Source: Somniosus microcephalus (lineage: Eukaryota). From it: a stretch of 64,000 nucleotides of DNA. A program made the position numbers and the translations under genes. Shown in pieces: positions 39,401 through 51,400 of the stretch. Position 1 is the stretch's first letter, and each line of letters begins with the position of its first letter. The DNA lies in NCBI GenBank assembly GCA_052327205.1, contig CM126218.1, positions 36,642,001 through 36,706,000 of the forward strand. The letters run 5' to 3'. The notes beneath the pieces were generated by a model. That model worked only from the letters and a program-made list of their open reading frames with translations. It was not told the origin of the DNA and did not search any database.

Positions 39401-42400
39401 AAAAAGCAGTCAGTCACAAAACTGGCTCTCACAACCTGGAGACAATGAACAAAAAAGTTAACAAGAAATGACCACGATCCTCGACCTTCACTAAAAAAAT
39501 TAACAGCATTTTGCCACACCTACTTTTTGCCCTTCGAGGGTGATCTGCTTCGCTTGCGAGATTGGCCCCTTCCCACCCTGCAGCTCCTCCGCAATGGGAC
39601 CCCAGTGGCTGCAGCAAGGCTGGGGGAAGGCTGCTGAGTGTCAGAAACTGAGTTGGCAGATGCCCTTGAGGGACGGCCTGGACCAGCTCTGGGCCTGGAG
39701 GGCCCGGCTGCTGACTGCTCCAACTCTGCATGGGCGGCAGCAGTCTGTCCTACAGGTGGTGGCAGCTGCAGTGGAGAAGTGACAGTGTTGGCAGCAGGAA
39801 TGCTGCCATCCTGACAGAGGACAGCCACTCCCTGGTCAGACGACACACTGGCACTCCCACGGGGCAGCACTGCAGCATGCGGAGCAATCTGCTGAAGCAC
39901 AGACTGCTGGCCTGCTGTGGCGCTGCGAGGGCTCTGGCGATTGTTGCCCGATCCAGCGAGGGTGGCAGCAGTCAGTGCTCGTGTGGCCTCAATCTGTGTC
40001 TGCATCAGACCAGCCACTGACTGCATTGCACCACTAAGCACTTGCGTGGAAGCCGCCTGTGCTGCCTGTGCTGCACCGAAGTCCTGCAGACTCCTTCCCA
40101 GTGCAGCACCGAAGTCCTGCAGACTCCTTGCCTGTGCTGCACCGAAGTCCTGGACACTCCTTGCCAGTGACTCAATGGATTCGGGCATCCTTGCCACTGC
40201 AGCCATGAGCTCAGTGTGCCTCTGCTCCGCCTGGGTGCCCATTTCAGCGAGGAGCCGCACCTCCTCTGCGCTCACTGTAGCAGGACTGGAGGCCAGACTC
40301 TCCCTCCGGGGAGAAGGCCGCCGAGCTTCCCTACCGCCCCCCCCCCCCGCGTTGCTGCAGCCCGCTGGGCCCCGGAGCTTCACCCTCCTCAGACCCTTCC
40401 CCCCTGCTCCCCTCCAGGGAAGACGTGTCCCCATTATGGCCATGGGCTGCCTCGGCTGAGGGTGGCACTGATGGTCCGGCTTCCTCTTCCTCCCCGCCTT
40501 CAGAATCACTCACAGTGGCAGCTTGAGGACCCGCATCCTCACCTGGCGATTCAGCATCTGAAAGCAGGGAGGTACAAGAGTTGCTTTAGTGTGAGGACAG
40601 GGCGGCAGCGAGGGAGGCACGAGTGCTGCAATGCACTGTATTGGTTCGATAGTGGCAAAGGATGCTGGTGTGAGGCACAAGTGGAAGGAGAGAGGTCAAA
40701 AAGGTGATGACCTTACCATTGCTGTCCAGAACGGGGTCGGCATCTCCAGTGGTGATGGGACCAATCATCTGGCCTGCCATAATGCGCTGGGCTCGCTGCC
40801 CCAGATCGTTGAGGTCTTGAAGGTGAGGCCGGCCTCCCCTGGTCCGTTGCTGCTGCCTCCTGTTATGGGCCAGCTTGCCCTGCAAGAGAAAGGACGGGCT
40901 CTGAGTACAGTGTGAAGCCCTGATCTTGGCTGCACTGCCTCCCATGGTCGAATAGCCCTTACAGTGTGTAAAGTGCTGAATGTGCGTGTGAGTTTCATGA
41001 AAGGCCCATAGGTGTTAGTTGAGGGTTGGGCATTGGGGCTTTCAGGACCCTTTGGCCATAAAGTGAGGTGCACATGCAGGGATGAAGAGGATACTGAAAA
41101 GGGTACTCACCCTGACGACCTGAGTGAGGTCGTTGAACTTCTTCCTGCATTGCACAGGGGCCCTAGGCACCATGCTGCTGGAGGTCACTCTGTGAGCCAC
41201 CTCCCTCCAAGCTTTGTGATAGTCGAGTGGCAGGCGGCCTCCTGCCACTGTCCGGAAACAGGATAGAACGCCTGCGCTCCACCGCATCAACCAGAACCTG
41301 CAGGGTCCCCTCACTGAACCGCTCCGCTCACTCCCTGGCCCTTTCCATGGTCCTAGGCGTTAGAATGTGGCAGCAGGTCTGTCCAGGCTGAGAATCAGGG
41401 CTCCGATGTGCAGGGTGTGGCTGCAATCCAAGATCGACCCTCCCCTTTAAGAGTTGACCGGCGCCAGCGTGTCTGCGTGCAATCGCTAACTGGCCGCACC
41501 TGCGCTGCGCCCGCCCTCGGTGGTAGAGCCTCGCTTCTCCGGCTTAGCGCCTTAGGACAGTCGTGCAGCGCCTGTTTTAGCGCTCCAAGCACCTCCTGGG
41601 GCGAAGCAGGTCAATTTAGCAGTAGGTGGCGATAATTTGCGCCGGGCGCTAAATTTCGCGCCAGCTCGAGTATAACGCCCCAAACGTGGTGATACTGAAT
41701 TTCTCCCCCACTGTGTCCACGTTTGTGCCACCTCTGTCTCTCTTAGTCTCTACTTGCTCACCAACCTTTACTCAACATTTTTGAAATATTGCCCTGATAT
41801 TTGAATGAAAGGTAAAATTAGCATTTTGTGTTGATGGTGGTAGTACTCTGCATTTTTTCCAATTCCAAGAGAATCATTATCAAATATTATATACATAGAA
41901 TTACATAGGATATACGGCACAGAAACAGGCCATTCGGCCCAACCAGTCCATGCCAGCGTTTATTCTCCACTCGAGCCTCCTCTCGTCTTTCCTCATCTAA
42001 CTCTATCAGCATAACCCTCTATTCCCTTCTCCCTCATATGCTTGTCTAGCCTCCCCTTAAATGCATCTATACTTTTCGCTTCAACCACTCCCTGTGGTAG
42101 CGAGTTCCACATTCTTACCACTCTCTGGGTAAAGAAGCTTCTTCTGAATTCCCTATTTGTGTTCCTGGTGACTGACTATCTTATATTGATGGCCTCTAGT
42201 TTTGCTTTTCCGCAGAAGTGGAAACATTCTCCGTCTGTCTACTCTATCAAAATTTTCATAATTTTAAAGACCTCTATTTGGTTACCCCTCAACTTTCTCT
42301 TATCAAGAGAAAAGAGACCCAGCCTGTTCATCCTTTCCTGATGGGTTTAACCTCGCATTTCTGGTATCGTCCTTGTAAGTCTTGTTTGCTCCCTCTCCAG

Positions 42401-45400
42401 TGCCTCTCTAGGTGACCAGAATTGTATACAGTACTCCGTGTGTCTAGCCAAGGTTCAGTACAAGTTTAACACAATGGCTGCAATTTTGCTGGTGCTCAAT
42501 GGACCCAATTGGTGGCGGGTCAGCTGTGAAATTTAAAGTGATTGACAGCGGGTCGGGAACCTACTGTCAAAATGCACACACCTGCATTTCCCAATATCGG
42601 GTCTGCCAGCACTGAGCAGACCCAACAGGCAGCGGCAGGGGAACCAATTCAAATCATTAGTGGTTTGTTTACAGCCACTTAACAATGCTTTTTCCCCCAG
42701 CTTTTTGGATTTGACAGGTTGCCCACTGGATTCCTGCTGTGCCTAGACCTTGTCTGTAAAATTGAGGCAGGAGGTTACTTGACATTGAATCAGCTAATGA
42801 GTTGACAGCTTCAAATGTCAAGTCAAAGCTCCCAGCTGATTGAGACATGTTCCCTTAACCACTAGCTTCTCTTAATTGCATTTCCACTGCAGATTCAGAA
42901 CGCTGCAAGTCTTTACACAAGTCTCCATCCAGCCTGACCTCATTACCTCTCCCACCATTGACAGATCACTTCTGTCATGTCTACTTCACCTGCCATCTAT
43001 TCCATCAGCATGGGTGCACTTTATACTCTCTCACCTTGGTCTTCAGAAGCTGACCATGATCAGCCGCATCACCAGGCACACCAGCAACACCAACAACCAC
43101 ACCAACCTTCTCCGCAATCACCTGATGCTGCAGAGGACTGAGGGCATCAGCACCCGACCACATTGCTGCCCGGGACACCAGGGGTGGCCTTGCCATGGCC
43201 AGATTTACTTCACTTGACGCTGCACACCCTGGCTGCCACATGATGTGCCAGGTTGGCACCACACCATCACCATAAAGCATCCCTAAAATGCCCAAGCCAT
43301 TCCTTTCACGCTCATCAGCATTGTGGGGGGCTACCATTATGTCTCACCATTCACTGCAACTCACTAAGCCACTTCCAAAGGTGCACACAAATCTGTCCAA
43401 GAACGCAAAGAGTTGAAAATAAAGATTTCAATGTTTGACAGCACATTAACAGAAACTTCACATGAACATTGGCTAAAACACACACGTGCCTACCCTTGTG
43501 TGTTGTTAGTTGGTATGATTGGACTAGGATGAGGGTGAGTGCGAGGGGTGCTAATGAGATGGGGAAGTGATAATATGTAGATATAGAGGGATGGGTGGAT
43601 TTATAAGGTAAGTTGGTGTGAGTGAGGATGTGCAGGAGTAGGGTAGGGAAGGCAGAGTGATGGGGATGTGAAGAGTGGCACAGCAGGATGAGGTTGAGTG
43701 TGGCTTTGCAGTAGCATTTCGTGATCTACTGAGATCATTAAAAGGTTTGTGCCACTGCAGCTTGGTCCTCCTGACAACATCCCTGCTTGTGCCCTCCTGT
43801 GCAATGTGCAGCCAGGCTGCATTGGTCTCCTCGGGAGGTCTCTTCCGCTAACTGGAAGGGAAGGGAACCCCCCTGCGTGCTGTAACTCCCTCCATAAGCA
43901 TATGGAGGGAGTTATAGGAGAGCCTAAGTGCAGCCATGCACCTCTGTGCAGTGCTTGTCAGTGTTTGCAGCACCGCAATGCTATAGAACACTGACAACAC
44001 AAATGTCCAAGTAAATTTGCGCATGGTCCCTTTAAAGAAACCAGCTGATGACGCGTCATCAAATGATGTCGTCAGACCCGCTTCCTTCAGTTGGCCGGGA
44101 AACTCGCTGGGCGGGCTTAACAAGCCCAATTAGGGGAAAGTCATGTCAGAGGCCGGGATGGAGCCAGCAGCGAGGCCGCAACCCGCCACCGATCTCACCC
44201 GCCACGGACCTGCCGAGGTAGGGAAACCCGTAGCCAACATCTCTACTTTTCAAATATATCCCTCTAGAAATAAACCCTAGTGCTTGGTTTGCTTTTTTAA
44301 TGGCCTTATTAACCTGCATTTCTACTTTTAGTAATTTGTGTATTTGTACTCTGAGATCCCTTTGCTCCTCTACCCCATTTAGATTCTTATTTTCCAAGTA
44401 ATATGTGACCTCCTTATTTTTCTTACCAAAATATTCTACCTCACAATTATTTGTGTTGAAATTCATTTGCCAATGATATGCCCATTCTGCAAGTTTATTA
44501 ATGTCTTGTAATTTGTTGCCATCCTCCTCAGTATTGACTATTCTACTGAATTTGGCATCATCCGCCAATTTAGAAATTGTGTTCATGATTCCAAAGTCTA
44601 AATCGTTAATATGAATTGAGAACAACATTGGTCCCAGCACTGATCGTTGTGGGACCCTACTTACCAACTTCTACCACTCTGAATAGCTACCCTTTACCCC
44701 ACTCTCTACTTCCTGTCTTGAAGCCAGCTAGCTATCCATTCTGCTACTTCTCCCCGGACTCTGCATACTCTGACCTTATTCATTGGTCTATTATGGGGCA
44801 CCTTCTCGAAGGCCTTTTGGAAATCTAGGTAACTTGCATCTACTACATTATCCTTGTCTACTCTCTCTGTTACCTCTTCAAATAATTCAATGAGGTTGGT
44901 CAAGCAAGACCTTTCCTTTTGAAATCTATGCTGACTATTTATTATTATATTTTTGGTTTCTATATGTTTTTCTATTTTCTCCTTTAGTAGGGATTCCATT
45001 ATTTTTCCTGCCAGCGATGTTAAGCTGACTGGTCTATAGTTCCCTGGGCATGTTCTACCTCCCTTCTTAAATATGGGTATTACGTTAGCTATCCACCAGT
45101 TCTCTGGCACTACACCTTTTTCTAATGAATTATTGAATATGTGTACTAGTGTCTCTACTATCTCTTCCCTAGATTCTTTTAAAATGTGTGGATGTAATCT
45201 GTCCAGACCAGGGGTTTTATCCTCTTTGAGTTTGATTAGTTTATTTACTATTTCTCCTCTTTTTATTTTAAATGTAGTTATATCATTTCTATCATCTTCT
45301 GATGTTATGTCCACCTGAACTGTCTCTCTGGTAAATACTGAAGCAAAGTAATTATTTAATATTTCTGCCATTTTGCTATCGCTGCCTGTGATTTTATCCT

Positions 45401-48400
45401 ATCCATCCTATGCCCATCCCAACTTTTCTTTTTTTATTTATGTGCCTATAGAATATTTTTACTATTTTGTTTTATGTTCCTTGATAATTTAATTTCATAG
45501 TTCCCCTTTGCCTTCCTAATTGTTTTGTGACTTCTCTCCTAATCTTTGTATTATTCCTTGTCGTGCTCTCCCCTGCTGTCCATGTACTTCTTTTATGCCT
45601 CTTTTCATACCCTCAATTTTTCCCATATGTCTTTATTCACCCATGGTGTCTCATTAGTGTTTAACTTGTTCTTGTTTTTTTATCGGAATATATTTTTCCT
45701 GGACTCTGTTGAACAACGTTTTAAATGTTTCCCATTGCTGTTCTACATCATTGTTTGCCAATATTGTTGTCAATTTTATTTTCCAAAATTCTATTCTCAA
45801 CCCCTCAAAACTGGCTTTTCTCCAGTCTATTACCCTGGTCTTCCTCAGGCTTATGTCCTTTTAATTATTATCTTAAAGCATATTATATAATGGTCACTAT
45901 TGCCTGGATGTTCCCCTAATTTTACATCTCTTATCTGCTCTGTTTCATTCCCCATTATTAGATCCAGTAGCGAATCCTCCCTTGTTGGGCTTCTTACATA
46001 TTGGGTTGGAAAGGAGTCCTGCACACATTCCCTTATCCCCTTTACCTACCTCTTCTGGCCAATTAATTTAAGGATATTCAAAATCCCTCATGATTATTAT
46101 TCTATGTATTTTACTCATTTCCCTAATTTGTTTGCATATTTCTTCCTCCACCTCCCTTCCACTATTAGTTGGTCAGTAGACTACCCCTACTAGTGTGATT
46201 GATTCTTTAATATCTTTTATCTCTAACCACATGGATTCTATTTCTGTCTTACTGATAGCTGTGTCACTTTATTCTACGGCGATTATGATATCTCTAACAA
46301 ATACAACAACTCCACCTCCCCTTTTTCCCTTCTATCTTTTCTAAATATACCCTGCCATTTTAATTCCCAATCATGATTCTTCTGTAACCCTACTATGTCT
46401 GGTTCCTTGCAATGTATTATTGCCTCCAGTTCCACTGTTTTATTATGGACACTGTGTGCAATACTGTACAGCCAGTTTAACTAATTTTTACCATTGCCAA
46501 AGAATGTTCCCCTTGACATTTTGTGATGGTTAATATTCTTCCCTGGGATGAGAGGGTTGTCCTATGAGGAGAGATTGAGTTTAGAAGAATGAGAGGTGAT
46601 CTCATTGACACATATAAGATTCTGAGGGAGATTGACAGGGTAGACGCTGAGAGATTGTTTCCCCTGCCTGGAGAGTCTAGAACTAGGAGACATAGTCTAA
46701 GGATAAGGGGTCGGCATTTAAGACTGAGATGAGGAGGAATTTCTTCACTCAGAGGATTGTGGATCTTTGGAATTCTCTACCCCAGATGCTGAGTTGTTGA
46801 GTATATTCAAGGCAGAGATCGATAGATTTTAGACTCTAGAGGAATCAAGGGATAGGGGGATCAGGCGGGAAAGTAGAGTTGAGGTCGAAGATCAGCCATG
46901 ATCTTATTGAATGGTGGAGCAGACTCAAAGGGCGGTATGGCCTACTCCTGCTCCTAATTCTTATGTTTTTATGTTCTTCCCTTTTCTTCTTTTGTCCAGT
47001 ACCTTGAAATAGTTCTTTTGAAACACAACCAATTATGCAAATGTTATCTTGCCACTCTCATGTTTATGTTTGCTTTTTTTACCTGACAGAAGGAGAAAAA
47101 AGTTGATCTAGTTATTGCTGTAGTAAAACATTTTCCTCATTGCACTTTAGTATCAGTAAAATAGCCTACTGGTGAAATTTTCAGTACTGCAGGATTTGAA
47201 ATCGGAGTTCAGCGGTTTTGAATTTTTTCTTTTGTTGTAGTCATCACTGCTGAACAAAAGGGGACAACAACCACACGTTGAAAGGATAATTACTAGTCCT
47301 AGCCCCTTTAGGGCTACCCCGGATCAGGCATATTCCCCAGATGTTCATTTTCAACTAAAGTTTGAGGTAGCCAAATCCTAAAGATGCTTAATTGGGTCTA
47401 AAGGTCTGGACTATCTCTCCCTAAAGGAAAGGAACAACCTGAAAATGTTACCATCCTCCAGATAGCACTTTTAATAAGTTTAGCTAGACTGTAACATTCT
47501 GGATATTTATGAGAGTCTGGAAAACTCCCCCAGAATTCTGCAACTCCTCACCAAAGAGTATACAGAGATTGAGTTTGCGAGTTTGATACAGAAGTATTAT
47601 GTGAGACAATTCTAAAAATATATAGATTTATTAAAGAACCGACATATAATTTACAGTTGGTGAGTCAATCACAACATTAACAATTCCAAAAAGAGAGAGC
47701 TTTACAATTCTATTAGCAGAGAACCTACTCTCAAATCTTAACTTCGCTACAGTTTTACAGTTCTCAGTTTATTCAGGATATCCACCAAAATCAAATACAG
47801 TACCTTGATCCCCGAGGTACAAAGAGTTGAAGACTTACAGAGCTAGCCCTGAAGCCAAGAATCACTTTGCACCTTTAAGTGAGTCTATTATCCCATTTGA
47901 GAGTTCAATTTTTATACCCTTTCCCATTGGTATTTTATTTAAGGTTTTCTGCTGATGTAAGCTAATTATCTCTAGTCATTTTTCTGCTGACCCTTGCAGC
48001 TCTTACAGTCACCTCAGCTGGTAGTACTACAGAAATATGTCTCTTTAGGTGTTCTAAGTTTACCATAAAAAATGATGTAACTGCAGGTGTGTTTTACTTG
48101 ATGTAATTTTCATGAAGGCAAATGTTTGTTACTTTTATGTGCTCCATTACCAGGTGTAAATGAAAACCTTATACCGGGTAACTATTGTCTTATTCCCAAA
48201 GGTTTAGACTTCCAGGAGCCTCTAACCTTCTGTTTCAATAAGGTTATTGATTCAGTGTCAACAACTTATCTTATCTCAATAACCAGAATGCTATCACAGC
48301 TTTTTCATTGTTCGGTTTCTAGATTTCCAGACCCAGTTTGTCATGTTCTGATAAGGCCAGAATTCTTTCATAGAATGGTGTATTTTTCTGAATAGGTTCT

Positions 48401-51400
48401 ATTGCTTATTCCTTCACAACCTGTTATTGCTGACACTACTACACCAGGTAAGCAATGTCTTCTTTCAATATACACCAGCAAGTCTGTTCACAACAGTGTG
48501 CTTTTCTCCAATTCAGATTTCAGACAATGTCAGTCCATTAGTTCAGTCTTGTAGACCTTTCCTTTTGGGTGGAAATGGTTGAAAATTAAAAGACATCTGA
48601 ATCTGCAGTTAGTTTTATCAACATCACTTTTGCAGCCAGAGCAATAAAATAACCTTATGGCGGAACTCTACAGGAACACTGTAGGTATTTAGGTTGAATT
48701 AAAGTAGTTTTCATTATTTTTCTTGTTCTTCAGCAGGAATCACTACAACAGTGAAAGCAACTACAACCGGGTCCACTACTGGCTCCACACCGGGTGAGTG
48801 AGGGCTTCTTTTGATATCCAGTAGCAAGACCTTCACACTTGTAGATATTTAGCCCATTCCTTCCAGATGGAAATGGTTGAAAACATAATTATTTGCATGA
48901 AACTAGATCAGAGGCTCTAACTGAGGAGAAATGCTGTGTCCATGTTTGTGCCGCTTCTGTCTCTCTCAGTCTTTGCTTCCTCACCAACCTTTACTCAAAT
49001 TTCTGACAATATTTCTCCAACTTTTGAATGAAACGTACAATTTTCATTTCATGATGGTGGTACGCTGCATTCTTTCAAATTCCAATACAATCATTACCAA
49101 ATATTGTCAAAAGTTGTTCCTCTTGACATGCTGTGACTGTTAATATTTTTCCTTTTTCTTCTTTTGTCCAGTAACTTGAAAGATTGCTTTTGACACACAA
49201 CCATTTATGCAAATGTTGCTTTGTTGGTCTCGTGTTAATGTTTGCACTTTAGTATTTGAAGTAAGGAGACCTAGTTAGTAGCTGCCGTCAATAATTTCCT
49301 CATGCTTTATGCCCTTTTGTCAATGAAATAACCGAGCAGTGGAACTCTAGTAATATTGCTGGATTTGCAATCGGAGTGCAGTGGTATTGAATATTTTTCT
49401 TTTTGATCAGAAGTGACGACTACAACAAAAGGGACAACAAGCACAACTGTATCTACTGCCAGTTCTACAACTGGTAAGTGATGTCTTCTTTCAATATAGA
49501 CCAACAAGTCTGTTCACACAAATGCACTTTTCTCAAATTCAGCTTTCAGCCAATGTCAGTCCGTCAGTTCAGTCTTGTAGACCCTTCCTTTTGGGAGGTA
49601 ATAGTTGAAAAATTATTGGATGTCTGAATCTGCAGTTCATTTTATCAGCATCACTTTTGCAACAAGAGCAATAAAATAGTCTTCTGGTGGAACACTACAG
49701 GAACACTGTAGGAATTTACGTTGTATTGTCGTGGTTTTGATGAACTTTCTTGTTCTTCAGAAGGAATCACTACAACAGTGAAAGCAACTACAACCGGGTC
49801 CACTACTGGCTCCACACCGGGTGAGTGAGGGCTTCTTTCGATATCCAGTAGCAAGACCAGTGACACAAGTTATCTTGTTTCAACAACTCAGCAGACAGTG
49901 GAAGTCCATCACTTCACCCCTTGTAGATATTTAGTCCATTCCTTTCAGAGGGAAATGGTTGAAAACATTTGAATATTTGAATGAAGCTCAATCTGAGGCT
50001 GTGCTGAGGAGAAATGCTGTGTCCAAGGTTTTTGCCGCCTCTGTCTCTCTTAGTCTCTGCTTACTCATCAACTTTTACTCAACTACTACAACGGATAAGT
50101 AAAATGAAGTCTTCCTTCAATATACTCGAACAAATCTGTTCACACCAGTATGGTTTTCTCAAATTCAGGATTCAGGCAATGTCAGTCCATTAGTTCAGTC
50201 TTGTAGGCCCTTTTGGATGAAAATGGTTGAAAATTTAAAGACATCTGAATCTGCAATTTGTTTTTTCAACATCACTTTTGCAGCAAGAGCAATAAAATAG
50301 TCTTGTATGGTAACTCTATGGGAATACTATAGGAATTTACATTGTATTGTGGTTTTGATTAATTTTGTTGTTCTTCAGGAGTCACTACAACAGTGAAAAC
50401 AACTACAACCGGGTCCACTATTGGCTCCACACCGGGTGAGTGAGGGTTTCTTTCGATATAAAGTAGCAAGACCAGTGACACAAGTTATCTTGTTTCAACA
50501 ACTCCCACACTGTGGAAATCCATTACTTCACCCCTTGTAGATATTTAGCTCATTCCTGTCAGAGGGAAATGGTTGGAAACATAGGCCCGTAATTTCCGAT
50601 AGGAGGCTTCCTGCGTGCGGATACCTCCTAGCGGAAAAAAATCTATGCACTTACTTGAGGGCTCACGAGGTCCGGACACTTCCGATCCTGGGCCTGCCCA
50701 CAGTCGAAATGCGCAGGGTCTACGTATCCCAGGGGCGCAGGCGGTTCGCAAGCGTCCCTGGGATCACGTGGGCCAGGTGAGCCAATGAAAGAAGGGAATC
50801 CCCTTTCATACTTTTGACAGATAGAACTGTCAAAAGTATGAATGGGGATCACTGAAAAAAGATACTAAAACATTAAATACATTTTTAAAAAACCATCACG
50901 TTTTTAAAATGAGTTAAAATTACATTAAATTAAAGTTTTTTACGGGGCTAAAAATAAACTTACCTTTTTTAAAAGTATTTTTAAATTATAAATGAGGTTT
51001 TTTTTACTTTTTTAAACTCTTATGCTGGTAAAAGCAGGCCTTGTGCCTGCTTTTACCAGGCGTAAGATTTCTAAGTGTTTTCAGCGGGCGGAGGTTCTGC
51101 AGAAAGTGGAACTCTCCCTCTGCAGAGGCCCTTCTCCAGGGCAGGTGTGCGATTCTTGACAGATCGGAAATGCCAGTTTTCAGCACATGTGCTTAGCATG
51201 CCTGAAACCGGCATTTCCGATGTCCCTACACCTGTAGGCATCGGAAAATACAGGCCATTATCTATTTGAATGAAGCTCGATCAGTGGCTCTGCCTGAGAA
51301 GTGCTGTGTCTATGTTTGTGCCACCTATGTTTCTCTTAGTCTCTGCTTATTCATCTATTTTCCCTCAGCTCTATTGGCAATACCCTCTGACTTTTGAATG

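Larger units (their letters stand above)
37581..41709. mobile_element. PIF/Harbinger DNA transposon, full-length architecture, decayed
   Basis: Perfect 16-bp TIRs GGGGGAGAAATTCAGT / ACTGAATTTCTCCCCC, 3-bp TSD ACT, convergent transposase and Myb/SANT genes. Flanks rejoin into the cassette intron (cf. empty site gagaaatgctgtgtccacg in upstream units). Confidence 0.93.
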
